A stretch of DNA of 64,000 bases from Myxococcota bacterium (GCA_965247115.1 CBDFGR010000003.1:2272001-2336000), one strand, 5' to 3'; positions 29,211-42,157 are shown, counted from the first letter of the stretch. Made by a program: numbers and translations. The notes: a model not told the origin generated them from the sequence alone.

Positions 29211-29585
29211 GTGAAGGCTTCCGCACGGGCTCGGGCTCGACTCCGCATCTCCTCGGTCCCCGTGCGCTTCGTGGCCGAGGGTTGTGAGGCCACAGGGCTC
29301 CTGAAGAGCGCCTCCCGAGCTGGCTTGTTCATCGAGGCAAGCGAGCTCCCGCATATGGGGAGCCCCGTGGTGGTTCAGTTCGAGTCGCCGGCCGGAGCCC
29401 TCGTGAACGTGCGCGGAGAGGTGCGCTGGACGACTCGAGGTCTGGAGAAAGCCGAGGTCCCGAACGGCTTCGGCGTACTGCTCCACGAGCCCCCGAGAGA
29501 GTACCGAGAGTTCTTCCTCTGGGCGAGGAAGGGGGCTGCGCTCGCTCCTACCCCTCCTCGAACTTGCGGAGGAGAATCGCCGTAA
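29211..29585 (+). CDS. PilZ-domain protein
   Basis: RARAR, SASRAGLFI, GEVRW, GFGV. Confidence 0.75.
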   Translation: MKASARARARLRISSVPVRFVAEGCEATGLLKSASRAGLFIEASELPHMGSPVVVQFESPAGALVNVRGEVRWTTRGLEKAEVPNGFGVLLHEPPREYREFFLWARKGAALAPTPPRTCGGESP

Positions 29586-29823
29586 GGCGTCCGTCCTTGC
29601 TGCGGTACTCGAAGACGACCTGGTCGCCGGAGGAGAACTCGCCGAGATCTGCAATCTCGGGCGGAACGTAGATCCGAACGTGGTCCATGACGACGGTCTT
29701 GTCTTCCAACCGGACCGCTTGCAGGCGGCCCTCCATGAACTCGTTCTCACCAGCGCTCCCGCTTAGCGGGAGCACCGAGGCGAGCAGGATCGCCGCACAC
29801 AGTATTCGAGTTGCAAGTCTCAT
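29548..29823 (-). CDS. Small secreted beta-rich protein, last gene of the pilus operon
   Basis: Signal-peptide-like N-terminus and AGGAG RBS. Confidence 0.7.
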   Translation of the reverse strand: MRLATRILCAAILLASVLPLSGSAGENEFMEGRLQAVRLEDKTVVMDHVRIYVPPEIADLGEFSSGDQVVFEYRSKDGRLTAILLRKFEEG

Positions 29824-29835
29824 TCGACTTCCTCC

Positions 29836-32800
29836 TTAGAAGCGCTGGCGCCAGTAGACCAGCTCGACGGGGTCCGGATACTCTCCCGGGATCGGCATCT
29901 TGAGGACCTCACCCATGGATGTCTGCCCGATCAGCTCGACGGCCATGTTCCCGTTCGAGTCGCGCGAGACCGAGATCCGAGGATCTGCGGGCGCGCCGTT
30001 GCCGAGCTGATCCACGCGCCCCGTGGCGAGCAGACCCTCGCCTCGGGCTACATCGAACAGGAACACGTTCGTCGTCCCTGCAGAGTTGCAGACGTCCCGG
30101 CTGGGGTCATTCAGGTCCGGGGACACGTAGCTCAATGTCAGCAGGATGCCGGAAAAGACGATGTGGTTGGTCACGAACTTCTCGCCGTCCGGAACGAGGA
30201 CATAGTACCCGTCGTCATCCGGCGTTGGATCGTTGGCGAAGTTCGTGATGTCGTTGATCCCACGGCTCTGGCCATTGACGGTCTGGTAACCCTCGAAGTG
30301 CTCCACCTCGAACGGATCCGTGTAGGCCAGGCAAACGCCGCCGGCATTCTTCTGGGTGCACACGCGCAGCGGCGTCCGATCCCAGACCACCCAGAAGCGG
30401 TTGTTGTCGTCGTGGTCACCGGGGATACTGACGCCGGCGCCGCCCTTGCCGCCTTTGCCGCCGCTGCTGGCCCCCGTACCTTGGTAGCCAAGGTTGGCGC
30501 GCTCACCGCTTCCGAAGCCCAGCACGAGCTCGTTATCGACGTAGGTGGCGATCGGTGGGAAGAAGATGCTGTGGAAGTGATAGTCGGTGGTGCCGTCGTT
30601 GTTGACGTCTCCAATGTCCTTCCCCAGGGGATCGCTGAGGCTGTCGCGAGCGGTGAAGAAGACATCGGCCTTCCAGTTGTCGACGACCCCGTCTCCCGTC
30701 TGGTCAACTCCGACCTCGTGGATGTCCCACTTCCACATCTGACCGCCGAGATCGCCGATGTAGACGACGTCCGAGAAGCCGTCGAAGTCCAGGTCGAGCA
30801 CGCCCGGCGTGCTCGGGATGGCGTACGTCATGCGGCTCAAGACCGGGTCGCTCGCGGAGTGCCTGAGCTCGGCGATGACGGACCCATCGCTCATGTCGAG
30901 GATGAAGACGCCCTTCCCCTCGTCCGTCCAGCCGGCACTGCTCGGATTGCCGACGAATGCCGCGTAGTTGTTCGGATCCCCCGTGGCGTCGTAGCCGGCG
31001 CCCACAACGGCGACCCAGCGCTCGATGCACGACCCGTCGTCCGTGTCGTCCTTTCCGCAGTAGTCATTGGCTCCAGGTCCTCTGACCTTGACCCGCGTGA
31101 TGATTGGCTCCGACCAGGTCTCGCCGAGCGGCAGGGTGGTGTTGTCCACCTCCCAGAGGAACTTGGGGTACGGGTAGTGGGAACTGCCGGAGCTGGCATT
31201 TGGCTCGGTCACATCCAGGGCGAAGTAGCCGCGGCCTCCCTGACGCATGGACCCGACCAGCGCCGTCGTCCACTCCGACATCTCCTTTGTGACGTCAGAG
31301 GCGTTGCTCGGCAGCCACACGTCTGCGGCGCTCGGGTTTCCGTCGACGAAGTACTGCTTGCCGAGGCCTCTCTGGGGCAGCAGTTTCAGCCGATCGAGGA
31401 CGAAGCCGGGGATGTAGCCGAAGGTCTCCTCGCCGGTTCCGAGGTCGTAGTAGTCGTTCTCCTGCTCCTGAGTCTGGGGGTTGTCTCCGGACCGGAACAC
31501 GCCGCCGTGGAACGAGTGAAGCATGGCATCGTTGGCACCCACGTAGATGCGGCGCTCGCGGACCTTGTTCTTGTTCAGGAAGGTGCCGGTCTGGTCGAGC
31601 GGGCCAAAGCCGTCCTCGCCGCGCAGCACGGCGGGTGGCGGGCCGATCGCGATGGGGTTCGAGTGGAAGATGTCGCCGAGAACGGCGGCTCTCTTCTCCC
31701 CGAAGTCATTGTCTCGATCGGAGTCGAATACGTCCAGCCCGTGGTAGAAGTTGACGAGGGAATCGGTCAGCTGCCCCACAGTGGTGAACGGCGCGGTCGT
31801 CGGGTTGTCGTAGAGAGTCAGATCCGCGCTGACCACACCGAGATCGGCTGTCGTGATCGTCGCCGTGTCGAAGCTGGCTGGCGAGCTGCTTCCGCTGAGG
31901 TTCGTGAACAGGTTACGCGGCGGATGGGTGGCCGAGAGCATCACGTCCTGCGTGTCCCAGTACGGGAAGCGCGGCTCGTAGAAGCGGTTCGTCGCCGGGT
32001 CGATCGCCGGGGCACCGTACGGAAAGCCCGCGCGCGGACGGTCGAGCACGGTGAGGTCGGGCGACAGACGGAAGGCCTGCAGGTGCCCGGGCCAGAAGGG
32101 CTCGGCCGCGCTCGGGCGAAAGAACGCCGTGTAGAAGCCGTCGCCGAAGTTACTGCGGCTGGAAGGGACCGTTGCCGCCGTCAGCGATGAGGCCCGGTCG
32201 ATGATCTCGAGCAGCGCGTTCTTCAGCTCCACAGCCAGCTTGGCGGCGCTGGACGTGGTGAAGTAGCGGCCCTTGCCGTGGTCGGCGGTCTCCTGCAGCA
32301 GCGGGTGATCGATTCGCGAAGCCCACCGTATAGGTGTAGACCGTCTGGTCGAACGGCAGCTTCTTGTCGTCCACCATGTCCGTCCGCGCCAGGTAGTGGG
32401 CGACGTCGTCCAGCCAGTCGCTACCCGAGCCACTCTGGTAGGGGGGCACGAAGTTCTTCTTCGAGCCAGTCCAGGGATCGGGATTCTCGCTAGCGTCGTT
32501 GTCGGCGTTCCCGATCGTGTCCGTGAAGTTGTTTCCGTGATGGTTGTTGAGGTCGCTGGTGGGCTGACCATCTGTCAGGACGATCACGAAGCTCTGGCGG
32601 CAATGGACGTCTATGGGGCTCTTGGGATTCTTCCCCTTGTGATCTTTTCTGTTGTAGATGTTGTACTTTCCGAGCTTGTCGTTTCCGGCGAAGTAGCGGC
32701 CCATGTCGACCAGCGCCTCGCTTAGCGGGGTCCCTCCACCCGGATGCGTGCCCTCGTAGTCGGTGCTCCAGTCGTCCAGCCGCGCGAAGATGTCGGCCTT

Positions 32801-33580
32801 GCTGCCATCGTCGGAGGTGACCAGCACGTAGCCGCCGTCGGAGCCTCTGTCGAAGCGGGCCAGACCGAAGCGGACGGAGTCCGACTGCCCGTCCGGGTTG
32901 ATATCGTTGATGATCGACCGGATCGAGTCCTTTGCGGCGCTGATCCGGTCGCCCGCCTCGTACTGGATGGTGCGCCCGGCGTGCATCTGCTGCGCGACCC
33001 AGTACAGGTAGTTCCGCTGCCAGCCGGTCTTGTAGTTCCGGTTGCCTCCGTAGTCCGCCGGCGTGAGGTAGGTCTTCTCCACGTCCACGTAGCACTCCCA
33101 GTCCGCGGGTGCGAACTGGCAGCCGGTGGGGACGTTGGTGCAATGGAACTTGCTCCCGCCGTCCCAGCGGGCTCCGTAGTCGTCGGTATTCGGGCAGGTG
33201 TCGGCAGGCTCGCCAGAATAACTGAGGTCGCTGTGGCTCCCCGGACAGATGCCGCCGGTGTTGCTGATCCGCGTTGGTCTCGGGATGTCGCAGTAGAACG
33301 AGTTCTGCTCGTCCTCGGCAACCTGTCCAACCGGGACCTTTGTGGTGAGATCGAGCGGGAACCGGTCGTTGAACTGCCAGTTGTCGCGGTTCGGCGCGCT
33401 CGTGAACTCGTCGGCATTGAGGCCGAAGATCATCGATCCCGAGGTGTCGAGCAGGAGGACGACGTTCGGGGCCACCTCCTGACGCAGGAGGGCGACGTCG
33501 TCGTTCTGCTGCGCATGCGCCCACGGGCTCGCGGCGAGGATCAGGACCAGGACTGCTGTGGTGAGGACTCGTGGACTCAT
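29836..33580 (-). CDS. pilY1: PilY1-like pilus tip adhesin with vWA domain, split by a +1 frameshift at 32313/32314 (1247 aa if joined)
   Basis: Signal peptide; MIDAS residues DTSGSM, GGTPL, LTDGQP; LGDIFHS, YVGANDAMLHSF, YFVDG, GETWS, DLDFDGFSD. Confidence 0.85.
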
Positions 33581-34104
33581 TTGTACGAAGGGCTCCCTTC
33601 ATTCACGGCGAGCTGCACTTGGAGCTCGACGCGTCCGCCGACAGGATCGGTGGCAAGGACGTCGGCGCGATAGATCCCCAGAACAAAGCTGTTGGGGGAA
33701 TTCACGTTGAGGGCGCCGCCCTCAGGGGCGATGCCTCGGATACGGGTGACGGGTTGGGCGGCCGCGTTGTCGACGGTTCCGGTGCGGACCTCGGTGAATC
33801 CGCCGGACGGACTCGCCATGAAGGTCGTGTCATCCAGGATCACGCCGTCCGCGTACTGCGCCTTGCTGATCGTTGTGTCGAGCTGCTGCATGACCATGGT
33901 CATGCCCGAGTCCGCCGCAAAGAACGTCCTCAGCTTGCGGGCGGAGCGGCCGCTCGCGGAGGCTTCCCCGCCCGCGCTCTGCAGTGCGGAGAGGCCGATC
34001 GCGCTGATCAGCAGCATGATGATGACGGCGATCAGCAGGGCGATGCCCGCCTGGTCACGCTTCTCGGTGTCGGAGAGATACTGCATGGCAGCGGTTCCGT
34101 TCAC
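33577..34104 (-). CDS. pilX: PilX-like minor pilin
   Basis: QAG|IALLIAVIIMLLIS prepilin lacking Glu5; FFAADSG. Confidence 0.8.
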   Translation of the reverse strand: MNGTAAMQYLSDTEKRDQAGIALLIAVIIMLLISAIGLSALQSAGGEASASGRSARKLRTFFAADSGMTMVMQQLDTTISKAQYADGVILDDTTFMASPSGGFTEVRTGTVDNAAAQPVTRIRGIAPEGGALNVNSPNSFVLGIYRADVLATDPVGGRVELQVQLAVNEGSPSYK

Positions 34105-34106
34105 TG

Positions 34107-35096
34107 TTAGAGGAGGTTTCTCGGCAGAACGCTGGTCCGGAAGCGACGCCGTTTGAACTGGTCTGCCTGGCCGCCCTGGTTGCGGTTCCCGCTCGCCGGG
34201 CGACGCTGGGTGTTGAACTCCTGGCTGACTCCGCCCTCTGTCTGGTCGGTGCGCGTGATCACGCTGATGCGGATGCGGCGAATCGCCGAGGTGTCCATCA
34301 CTGCGCCGGGCTGGTTGTTCAGATCATGGACGGGAAACTCGATCACATCGTCCACGACGCCGTTCAGGATCCCGGCCGGAGAGTTGTCCACCCAGTACTC
34401 GATCTGGAGGTCCTCCACGCCCGTCGCCAGAGTGAGGCCGTTGCGGGTCAGAGACAGCGGAAGCGCCGGGGGAAGGGCATTCATGTCGTTGTGCTCGTAG
34501 ATGACAGCAGGCACGACGCGCATGTTTAGAGCGATCCAGCCAGCGCCAGGAAGGGCCGGTGTGAAGGCGATTTGATTTCCGACGATGCCCGTGATGCGGG
34601 CGCAGTGGGAGCGCGCCCCGTCCGACAGGATGATGCCGCGCCCGGCGGCACCAAAGTCGTTCACGCCGTTTGCGCCGTCGATGTCGAGGGTTGCTGCGTT
34701 GAGCGCGTTGTTCCCTGCAAAGCTCGTGACAGCCGCCGTGTCGAAGGGATCGCTCGCGTTGTCCAGCGACTGAGAGGCAGCACCACCCGTCGGGAAGTCG
34801 AAGTAGCTCACGTCGCTGATGCAGAAGCTGTCCGCGGCGATTCCTCCGCCATCGACGCTCGAGATCGCGGCGATCTTGGGGACCATGAACCCGGCCATGC
34901 GCGTGTCGAAGGTGAGCAGGTCGAGCACCGTGCGCGAATCATCCTGCACATCGAGGACGCGCTCGTTCGAGATGTACACGCGCTTCTGGGTGTTCAGGAC
35001 CATGAACACCTGCGATGTCACGACGCCGAGAACGGCGGTGGCGATGAGCAGCTCGATCAGCGTGAAGCCGAGTTCGTTCCTGGCTTTCGAGGTCAT
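34107..35096 (-). CDS. pilW: PilW-like minor pilin
   Basis: G|FTLIELLIA, DTRMAGF, GVEDLQIEYWVD. Confidence 0.85.
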   Translation of the reverse strand: MTSKARNELGFTLIELLIATAVLGVVTSQVFMVLNTQKRVYISNERVLDVQDDSRTVLDLLTFDTRMAGFMVPKIAAISSVDGGGIAADSFCISDVSYFDFPTGGAASQSLDNASDPFDTAAVTSFAGNNALNAATLDIDGANGVNDFGAAGRGIILSDGARSHCARITGIVGNQIAFTPALPGAGWIALNMRVVPAVIYEHNDMNALPPALPLSLTRNGLTLATGVEDLQIEYWVDNSPAGILNGVVDDVIEFPVHDLNNQPGAVMDTSAIRRIRISVITRTDQTEGGVSQEFNTQRRPASGNRNQGGQADQFKRRRFRTSVLPRNLL

Positions 35097-35518
35097 GAGC
35101 TCCGGATCCCCTGCAGCTGGACCTGGGTCGGACCGCGCTGGGCCGTGTTCCAGGTGACCGTGATCGTGATTCGCGTCACGCCGGTTCCCGGCGTGTTCGG
35201 CTCGACCGTCCAGGTCCGCCCGAAGGTCGTCAGGTCCTGGTCGGTCGGATCGATGTCGATCACCCCTGCCGGATCGGGCGCGTCGACGACCGCGATGTCC
35301 AGAAAGGGCGAGGTCTGCGGCATGGCCATGAAGGTCTCCATCTGCTCCTGCGCCAGGTACATGGCCTGGGACAGGTGGCCGGAGCGGGACGACATCTTGA
35401 TGGCCGAGAGCTGCGCCACGCCGATCGAGAGAACCCCGACGCCGAGGATCGCCATGGCGAGCAGCACCTCCAGCAGCGTGAAGCCTTCGGCCTTCTTTGT
35501 CCGCTCGTGCATCCGCAT
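35093..35518 (-). CDS. pilV: PilV-like minor pilin
   Basis: G|FTLLEVLLAMAIL, AMYLAQEQME, ITVTW. Confidence 0.85.
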   Translation of the reverse strand: MRMHERTKKAEGFTLLEVLLAMAILGVGVLSIGVAQLSAIKMSSRSGHLSQAMYLAQEQMETFMAMPQTSPFLDIAVVDAPDPAGVIDIDPTDQDLTTFGRTWTVEPNTPGTGVTRITITVTWNTAQRGPTQVQLQGIRSS

Positions 35519-35522
35519 CCTC

Positions 35523-36215
35523 CTAGTGCCAGTCGCCCACTTGTGGGGACAGAACGCGCACGCGTACCCCGCCGAGCGGAAGCACGAGGACGGCGTACAC
35601 CGTGCGGTCGTTGTCCGTGACGTAGTACGCGCCGGCGCCCGTACCCCACTGCGTCGGCGTCGCGAGCGCCACCGGCACGCCCTGCGAGTTGAAGCCGATC
35701 GCGGGCACGTTGGTCGTTGGATCCAACGCAAAGGTCGAGGCGGTGTTGCCGAGATCCTGCAGCTGGCCCGCGACTGCGTCTTCCGGTGCCAGCGGTGCGT
35801 TTCCAAAGGGCTGGGTGCCGCCCTGTCCGTAGCCGGTCACCTGGGCGGCGAGCCCATCCTTCCCGTGGAAGTTGAACGTGTTCTCGCCCGCGGTGAGCTG
35901 CCCGTTCCCGTCGAGGTCATCGACCAGCAGAGCGAACCTGGGCCGGCCGTCTGCCGCGGGGATGGCCGCGACAGCGTTGTTCGGATCGTCGAAGAGCAGG
36001 AAGGACGGATTGCCCGAGGCCATCGCCTGAGAGCGGGCCTCGGTGATCGCCCTTGCGACCATGTTCGCGTGGGCGCGCGCGTCCTCGACCAGGCGGTAGC
36101 GCAGCACCATTGGCGCGGCCATGGCGGAGAGCGCTCCTACGATGACGAGGACGACGACCGCCTCCATTAGTGTCCATCCCGTCTGGTCGTGAAGCTTGTG
36201 CACACGTGACTCCAT
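35523..36215 (-). CDS. FimT/FimU-like minor pilin
   Basis: G|WTLMEAVVVLVIVGALSAMAAP, ARSQA, FNSQG. Confidence 0.8.
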   Translation of the reverse strand: MESRVHKLHDQTGWTLMEAVVVLVIVGALSAMAAPMVLRYRLVEDARAHANMVARAITEARSQAMASGNPSFLLFDDPNNAVAAIPAADGRPRFALLVDDLDGNGQLTAGENTFNFHGKDGLAAQVTGYGQGGTQPFGNAPLAPEDAVAGQLQDLGNTASTFALDPTTNVPAIGFNSQGVPVALATPTQWGTGAGAYYVTDNDRTVYAVLVLPLGGVRVRVLSPQVGDWH

Positions 36216-36229
36216 TGGCGCAGGGGGAG

Positions 36230-36245
36230 AGCAAGGGGTATGCCT
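36230..36245 (-). promoter_or_regulatory. Sigma54 promoter of the minor-pilin/pilY1 operon
   Basis: AGGCATACCCCTTGCT has GG-N10-GC spacing. Confidence 0.55.
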
Positions 36246-36401
36246 GTCGCGAACGGGCCGCTGAAGGCGTCTGGTGGCGAAGCTGCCGCCTGCTGTACTG
36301 CAAACGTTGCGGGGTCGGAAAAGCTTGCAGCGGAGACACTGTTCCTGCACAGAATGGTGACCTGGAGCAGCGGATGCGGAACGAACGACCGGAGGGAGCG
36401 A

Positions 36402-37991
36402 GTGACACCTGTTAGGGAAGCCGAGGGCGCCCTGGACGCGCTCGACAAAGTGATGGCCAAGGCGATCGCGGCTGCTCGGGGGCGCGACATCGACGAGCAA
36501 CAGGTCGTCGTCTCACGTCTCGCAGACCTGGCGACCAAGCTGCGCGCTGCGCGCGATCTCGTGAAGTACTCCGCCGACGCCGGCGAGCTCTATCGAGACC
36601 AGGCAGAAGTCTTCACGGCCCACGTGGTGACGGAGGTGTGCAAGCTGGTTCGCAACCATCCGCGCGAGCACGGGCTTGACGCCACAGACGAGCCGGACGG
36701 GAGCGTCCAGAACTTCGCCCGCGAGGCGCTCTCCGAGGGAAGGGTCCGAGCCCTGGGCCGCCAGGTGGCAGAGCGAGGCGGTGCGAACGACTGCCCGCTA
36801 GACGAGATCCTGGAGCTCACGCGCAACGCCGTTCGCGAGTTCGCGGACTCCGAGGTGCGGCCCCACGCCGAGCGCATTCACCGCAACGACGAGCTCGTGC
36901 CGGAGAGCTTCATCGAGAAGATGGCGGAGCTCGGCTATTTCGGCCTCTCCCTACCCGAGGAATACGGGGGCTCGGAGATGGGCAACGTCGCGATGGTGAT
37001 CACGACCGAGGAGCTCTCCCGTGCCTCTCTGGCTGCTGCCGGATCGCTCATCACGCGTCCGGAGATCCTCTGCAAGGCCCTGCTCGCCGGAGGCACGGAT
37101 GCGCAGAAGAAGGAGTGGCTGCCCCGGCTTGCCTCCGGGGAGCTCATGGTCGGGATCAGCGTGACGGAGCCGGACGTCGGCAGCGACGTCGCAAGTGTCA
37201 AGTGCAGGGCCGAGCCCGCGACGCAGGACGGCGTCCGTGGCTGGAAGATCCGCGGGCCGAAGGCCTGGTGCACCTTTGCGGGGCGGGCCGATATCCTGGC
37301 GGTCCTGCTCCGGACCGGAACGGATCCCGGAGCGCGCGGCCTCTCGCTCTTCATCGTCCCCAAGGAGCGCTTCTACGGCCACGAGTTCGAGTGCGTTCAG
37401 CCCGGGGGCGGCAGGCTCGTAGGCAAGGCGGACGCCACACCGGGCTATCGCGGCATGCACTCCTATACGCTCAACTTCGAGGACTATTTCGTGCCCGCCG
37501 AGAGCCTGGTGGGTGGCGAGGCGGGTCTCAACCGGGGTTTTTACCTGCAGATGGGAGGTTTCGCGGCAGGCCGGCTCCAGACCGGGGGGCGAGCGTGCGG
37601 TCTGGCGCAGGCCGCGCTCGAGGAGACGGCGCGCTACGTGCGCGACCGCACCCAGTTCGGCACCGCGCTGATCGACTTCCAGCTCACGCAGTACCAGCTC
37701 GGCTGGATGTCCTGCCAGACCGCCGCGGCGCGCGCCATCACGTACGCCGCCGCCGCCGCCATGGACGAGAACGAGCGAGCCGCTGCTCCCTACGCCGCGC
37801 AGGCCAAGCTCTTGGCCTGCGATGTTGCGGTCGAGGTCAGCCAGCTGGGCCAGCTCCTGCACGGCGGCTGGGGCTACGCGGAGGAGTACCCGATCAGCCG
37901 CTACGTCGTAGATGCGCAGGTGCTGCCTATCTTCGAGGGGGTGAAGGCGATCCTGCAACTCCGGGTGATCGGCCGCGCGCTCCTGAATTGA
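36402..37991 (+). CDS. Acyl-CoA dehydrogenase with N-terminal extension
   Basis: SVTEPDVGSD, KAWCT, QLLHGGWGY, IFEG. Confidence 0.9.
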   Translation: MTPVREAEGALDALDKVMAKAIAAARGRDIDEQQVVVSRLADLATKLRAARDLVKYSADAGELYRDQAEVFTAHVVTEVCKLVRNHPREHGLDATDEPDGSVQNFAREALSEGRVRALGRQVAERGGANDCPLDEILELTRNAVREFADSEVRPHAERIHRNDELVPESFIEKMAELGYFGLSLPEEYGGSEMGNVAMVITTEELSRASLAAAGSLITRPEILCKALLAGGTDAQKKEWLPRLASGELMVGISVTEPDVGSDVASVKCRAEPATQDGVRGWKIRGPKAWCTFAGRADILAVLLRTGTDPGARGLSLFIVPKERFYGHEFECVQPGGGRLVGKADATPGYRGMHSYTLNFEDYFVPAESLVGGEAGLNRGFYLQMGGFAAGRLQTGGRACGLAQAALEETARYVRDRTQFGTALIDFQLTQYQLGWMSCQTAAARAITYAAAAAMDENERAAAPYAAQAKLLACDVAVEVSQLGQLLHGGWGYAEEYPISRYVVDAQVLPIFEGVKAILQLRVIGRALLN

Positions 37992-37993
37992 GT

Positions 37994-38084
37994 CTCGTGG
38001 GACCCGGCCGCGGGCGGCCGCGGCCACCCACCTTCGCTCAGGCCAAAGGCCTTCGCTGCGCGCGCCGCGTTCCGCGGCGCTTGC
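37994..38084 (+). repeat. Family-A repeat
   Basis: Full copy between convergent genes. Confidence 0.9.
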
Positions 38085-38139
38085 GGGGTGCCTGCCCGTG
38101 TCGGGATCTGCGGCGGTTGAGGGGGTGCGCGCGCTGGGT

Positions 38140-38976
38140 CTAGTTGTCTGGGGCGCGGAGGACTCGGAAGAGGAGGAGATCATCGGGATTGGGGTCGATC
38201 TGCGGATGGAGGTCGAGGGTCATGGTGCTGCTCAGGGCTTTCGATGTCTGGAGCTCGGATACGACGGTCCATTCTCCGAGCGGGAGGCGCAGATGGGCGG
38301 TGGTCGAGGTCCTGGCGATCGCGGAACCTGCCTCGCTGCGCGTCTCCACGGCGACGAGCTCGAGCTCCACCTGCCCATCGGGGAGGTCTCGGGGGCGGAG
38401 CTGGAAGCCCGTGCGAAGCGCCAGGAGCGGCTCTGTTTCGACCACCCGCTCGCCCCGGTCGCGGAGCTCGAAGTTGCGGACCCGGATCGGCATGAGCGCG
38501 CCGGTCCAGAGCTCTGCGCTCTGTCCCTCCGCAACGAGGAGCGACTGCTCCAGGCGCCGTTCTCTAGCCGTACCGGACTCGTGGAACAGCACGCGTCCGG
38601 GGCCATCTCGTGCCGGGGGCTCCCGGAGACGCGCGAACCGGAGCGTGCCGAGCTGGAGACCGGTCTCGATGAGGTAGCCCTGCAGGCGCAGGGCCTCCCG
38701 GCTCTCGAGCCGCGACTCCACGATGTAGCGGGAAAGTGGGACGTCGAGCCGTGAGAGCAGCTCCAGGGCGTTGCCGAGCTCGGTGGCGGTGCCGGTCAGG
38801 AGCAGCGCGCCGGTCCCGGGATCGGCCACGGCCCGGCCGCCCGTCCCTAGCGTGGGGTCGAGCAGCAGCGCGAGCTCGTGCGCGCTGCGATGCTCGGGCT
38901 CGTACAGCTCGACGTCGGCGCGGGCGAAGCTGGCGGGTGCGGCGAGGGTCAGTGCTAGCAGGGCCTTTCCGAGCAT
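38140..38976 (-). CDS. Secreted protein with secretin N-domain (NolW-like) and short secretin-like region
   Basis: Signal peptide; HRSAHEL..LL...[11 protein letters not shown]...[15 protein letters not shown]. Confidence 0.6.
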   Translation of the reverse strand: MLGKALLALTLAAPASFARADVELYEPEHRSAHELALLLDPTLGTGGRAVADPGTGALLLTGTATELGNALELLSRLDVPLSRYIVESRLESREALRLQGYLIETGLQLGTLRFARLREPPARDGPGRVLFHESGTARERRLEQSLLVAEGQSAELWTGALMPIRVRNFELRDRGERVVETEPLLALRTGFQLRPRDLPDGQVELELVAVETRSEAGSAIARTSTTAHLRLPLGEWTVVSELQTSKALSSTMTLDLHPQIDPNPDDLLLFRVLRAPDN

Positions 38977-39025
38977 CTTGCCAGCGAGATTCACCGTCCT
39001 GTTGATCGGTGCGGCCCGGCCGGAC

Positions 39026-39053
39026 TTGACAGCGGAAGTCTCGGCTATACGAT
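39026..39053 (+). promoter_or_regulatory. Sigma70-like promoter of groESL
   Basis: TTGACA-N16-TACGAT. Confidence 0.5.
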
Positions 39054-39129
39054 GCGGCTCCACGCGCCCCCGCAGTCGTCCTGCAGGGGCGCCCGCTTGT
39101 TGGAATCCGCATATGGAGGGACTCGCCGG

Positions 39130-39423
39130 ATGCCTGCGAAGATTCGGCCGCTTCACAACCGACTCATCGTGCAGCGACTAGACGAAGAAGAAAAGACCTC
39201 AGGGGGGATCATCATCCCCGACACGGCCAAGGAGAAGCCATCCCAGGGCAAGGTGATTGCCGCTGGGCCGGGCAAGCGAGACGACAAGGGCAACCTGATC
39301 GCGCTCGATGTGGGGGCCGGGGACCGGGTTCTGTTCTCCAAGTATGCGGGGAGCGAGGCCACCCTGAATGGCGAGGAGCTTTTGATCATCTCCGAGGACG
39401 ATGTCCTCGCGGTGTTGGAGTAG
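39130..39423 (+). CDS. groES: Co-chaperonin GroES
   Basis: [26 protein letters not shown]. Confidence 0.97.
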   Translation: MPAKIRPLHNRLIVQRLDEEEKTSGGIIIPDTAKEKPSQGKVIAAGPGKRDDKGNLIALDVGAGDRVLFSKYAGSEATLNGEELLIISEDDVLAVLE

Positions 39424-39427
39424 TCCC

Positions 39428-41095
<1,668 letters not shown>

Positions 41096-41116
41096 GTCTT
41101 GTGGGGCCCGGCAGGT

Positions 41117-41209
41117 CTTGTGGGACCCGGCGCGCGAGCGGTCGCGCGCCACCCACCTTCGCTCAGGCCTGCGGCCTTCGCTGCGCGCGCCGCGTTCCGC
41201 GGCGCTTGC
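41117..41209 (+). repeat. Family-A repeat, preceded by a partial end at 41098-41112
   Basis: Full copy immediately after the groEL stop. Confidence 0.9.
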
Positions 41210-41278
41210 TGGGGGGCTCCTCGGCTGGTTTCCTTGTTTCGGGCTTGACTTCGTCGCGCTTGGCTTAGTCGAGCTTAC

Positions 41279-42157
41279 TTAGTCGGGCGGCTTTGCGGCT
41301 TGGAGCTGGGCGATGCAGGCTTGGCGGGCGGTGCGGCCGCTGCGGGTGCCGCGGTCTAGGGCGAAGCGGAGGGCTGCGGCGTTGATCTCTTCGGTGGAGA
41401 GCTGCTTTGTTAGGCCTAGCTGTGTGGCGTGGTAGTCCACGATGCGCAGGTAGGTGCGCTGATCGAAGCTGAGGAACGGGAGCAGGAGGCCAAAGCGGTC
41501 CGATAGCGAGATCTTCTCCTCGGTCGTCTCTGCTGGGTGGAGCTCGCCGGAGCTGTCGTAGCTGGCCGCCAGGTTCTCGGACATGTGCTCCGTCATGAGG
41601 TGACGCCTGTTCGAGGTCGCCAGGACGATCACGTTCTCGGGTCGCGCCTCGAGTCCGCCGTCGAGCAGAGCCTTCAGCTGCTTGAACGAGGCGTCTCCCT
41701 CCTCGAACGATAGGTCGTCACAGAACAGCGCAAAGCGCTGGTCCATTTCCCGTAGCGTGGCGAAGATCTCGGGCAGGGCGAGCAGATCGTTGCGACGCAC
41801 CTCGACCAGGCGCAGACCGTCCGCGCCGAACTCGCCGAGCAGCCCGCGCACAGCGGAGGACTTGCCCGTGCCGCGCTCGCCGTAGAGGAGAGCGTCGAGG
41901 GCCGGATCTCCGCGGCAGAACGCGGCCGCGTTCGCGCGCAGGCGCGCTACTGAGCGCTCTACCCCGATCAGTCCGTCGAGGGGATAGATGTCGGGGTGTG
42001 CGATCGGCTGCAGCGCACCGCGATCCCAGCGATAGCCCCATGAGGGTGCGGGCTCAGCGTGCGACTGCTTCGAGCCTCGGCTGCGGAGCGCGTCCTCCGC
42101 AAGCTCGAGAACCCGCTCCAAGCGCGGGAGTAGCTTTTCCCAGCCGTCGCGATTCAC
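41279..42157 (-). CDS. DUF815-family AAA+ ATPase
   Basis: GERGTGKSS, FCDDLSF, ATSNRRHL, EEKISLSDRFGL. Confidence 0.9.
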   Translation of the reverse strand: MNRDGWEKLLPRLERVLELAEDALRSRGSKQSHAEPAPSWGYRWDRGALQPIAHPDIYPLDGLIGVERSVARLRANAAAFCRGDPALDALLYGERGTGKSSAVRGLLGEFGADGLRLVEVRRNDLLALPEIFATLREMDQRFALFCDDLSFEEGDASFKQLKALLDGGLEARPENVIVLATSNRRHLMTEHMSENLAASYDSSGELHPAETTEEKISLSDRFGLLLPFLSFDQRTYLRIVDYHATQLGLTKQLSTEEINAAALRFALDRGTRSGRTARQACIAQLQAAKPPD

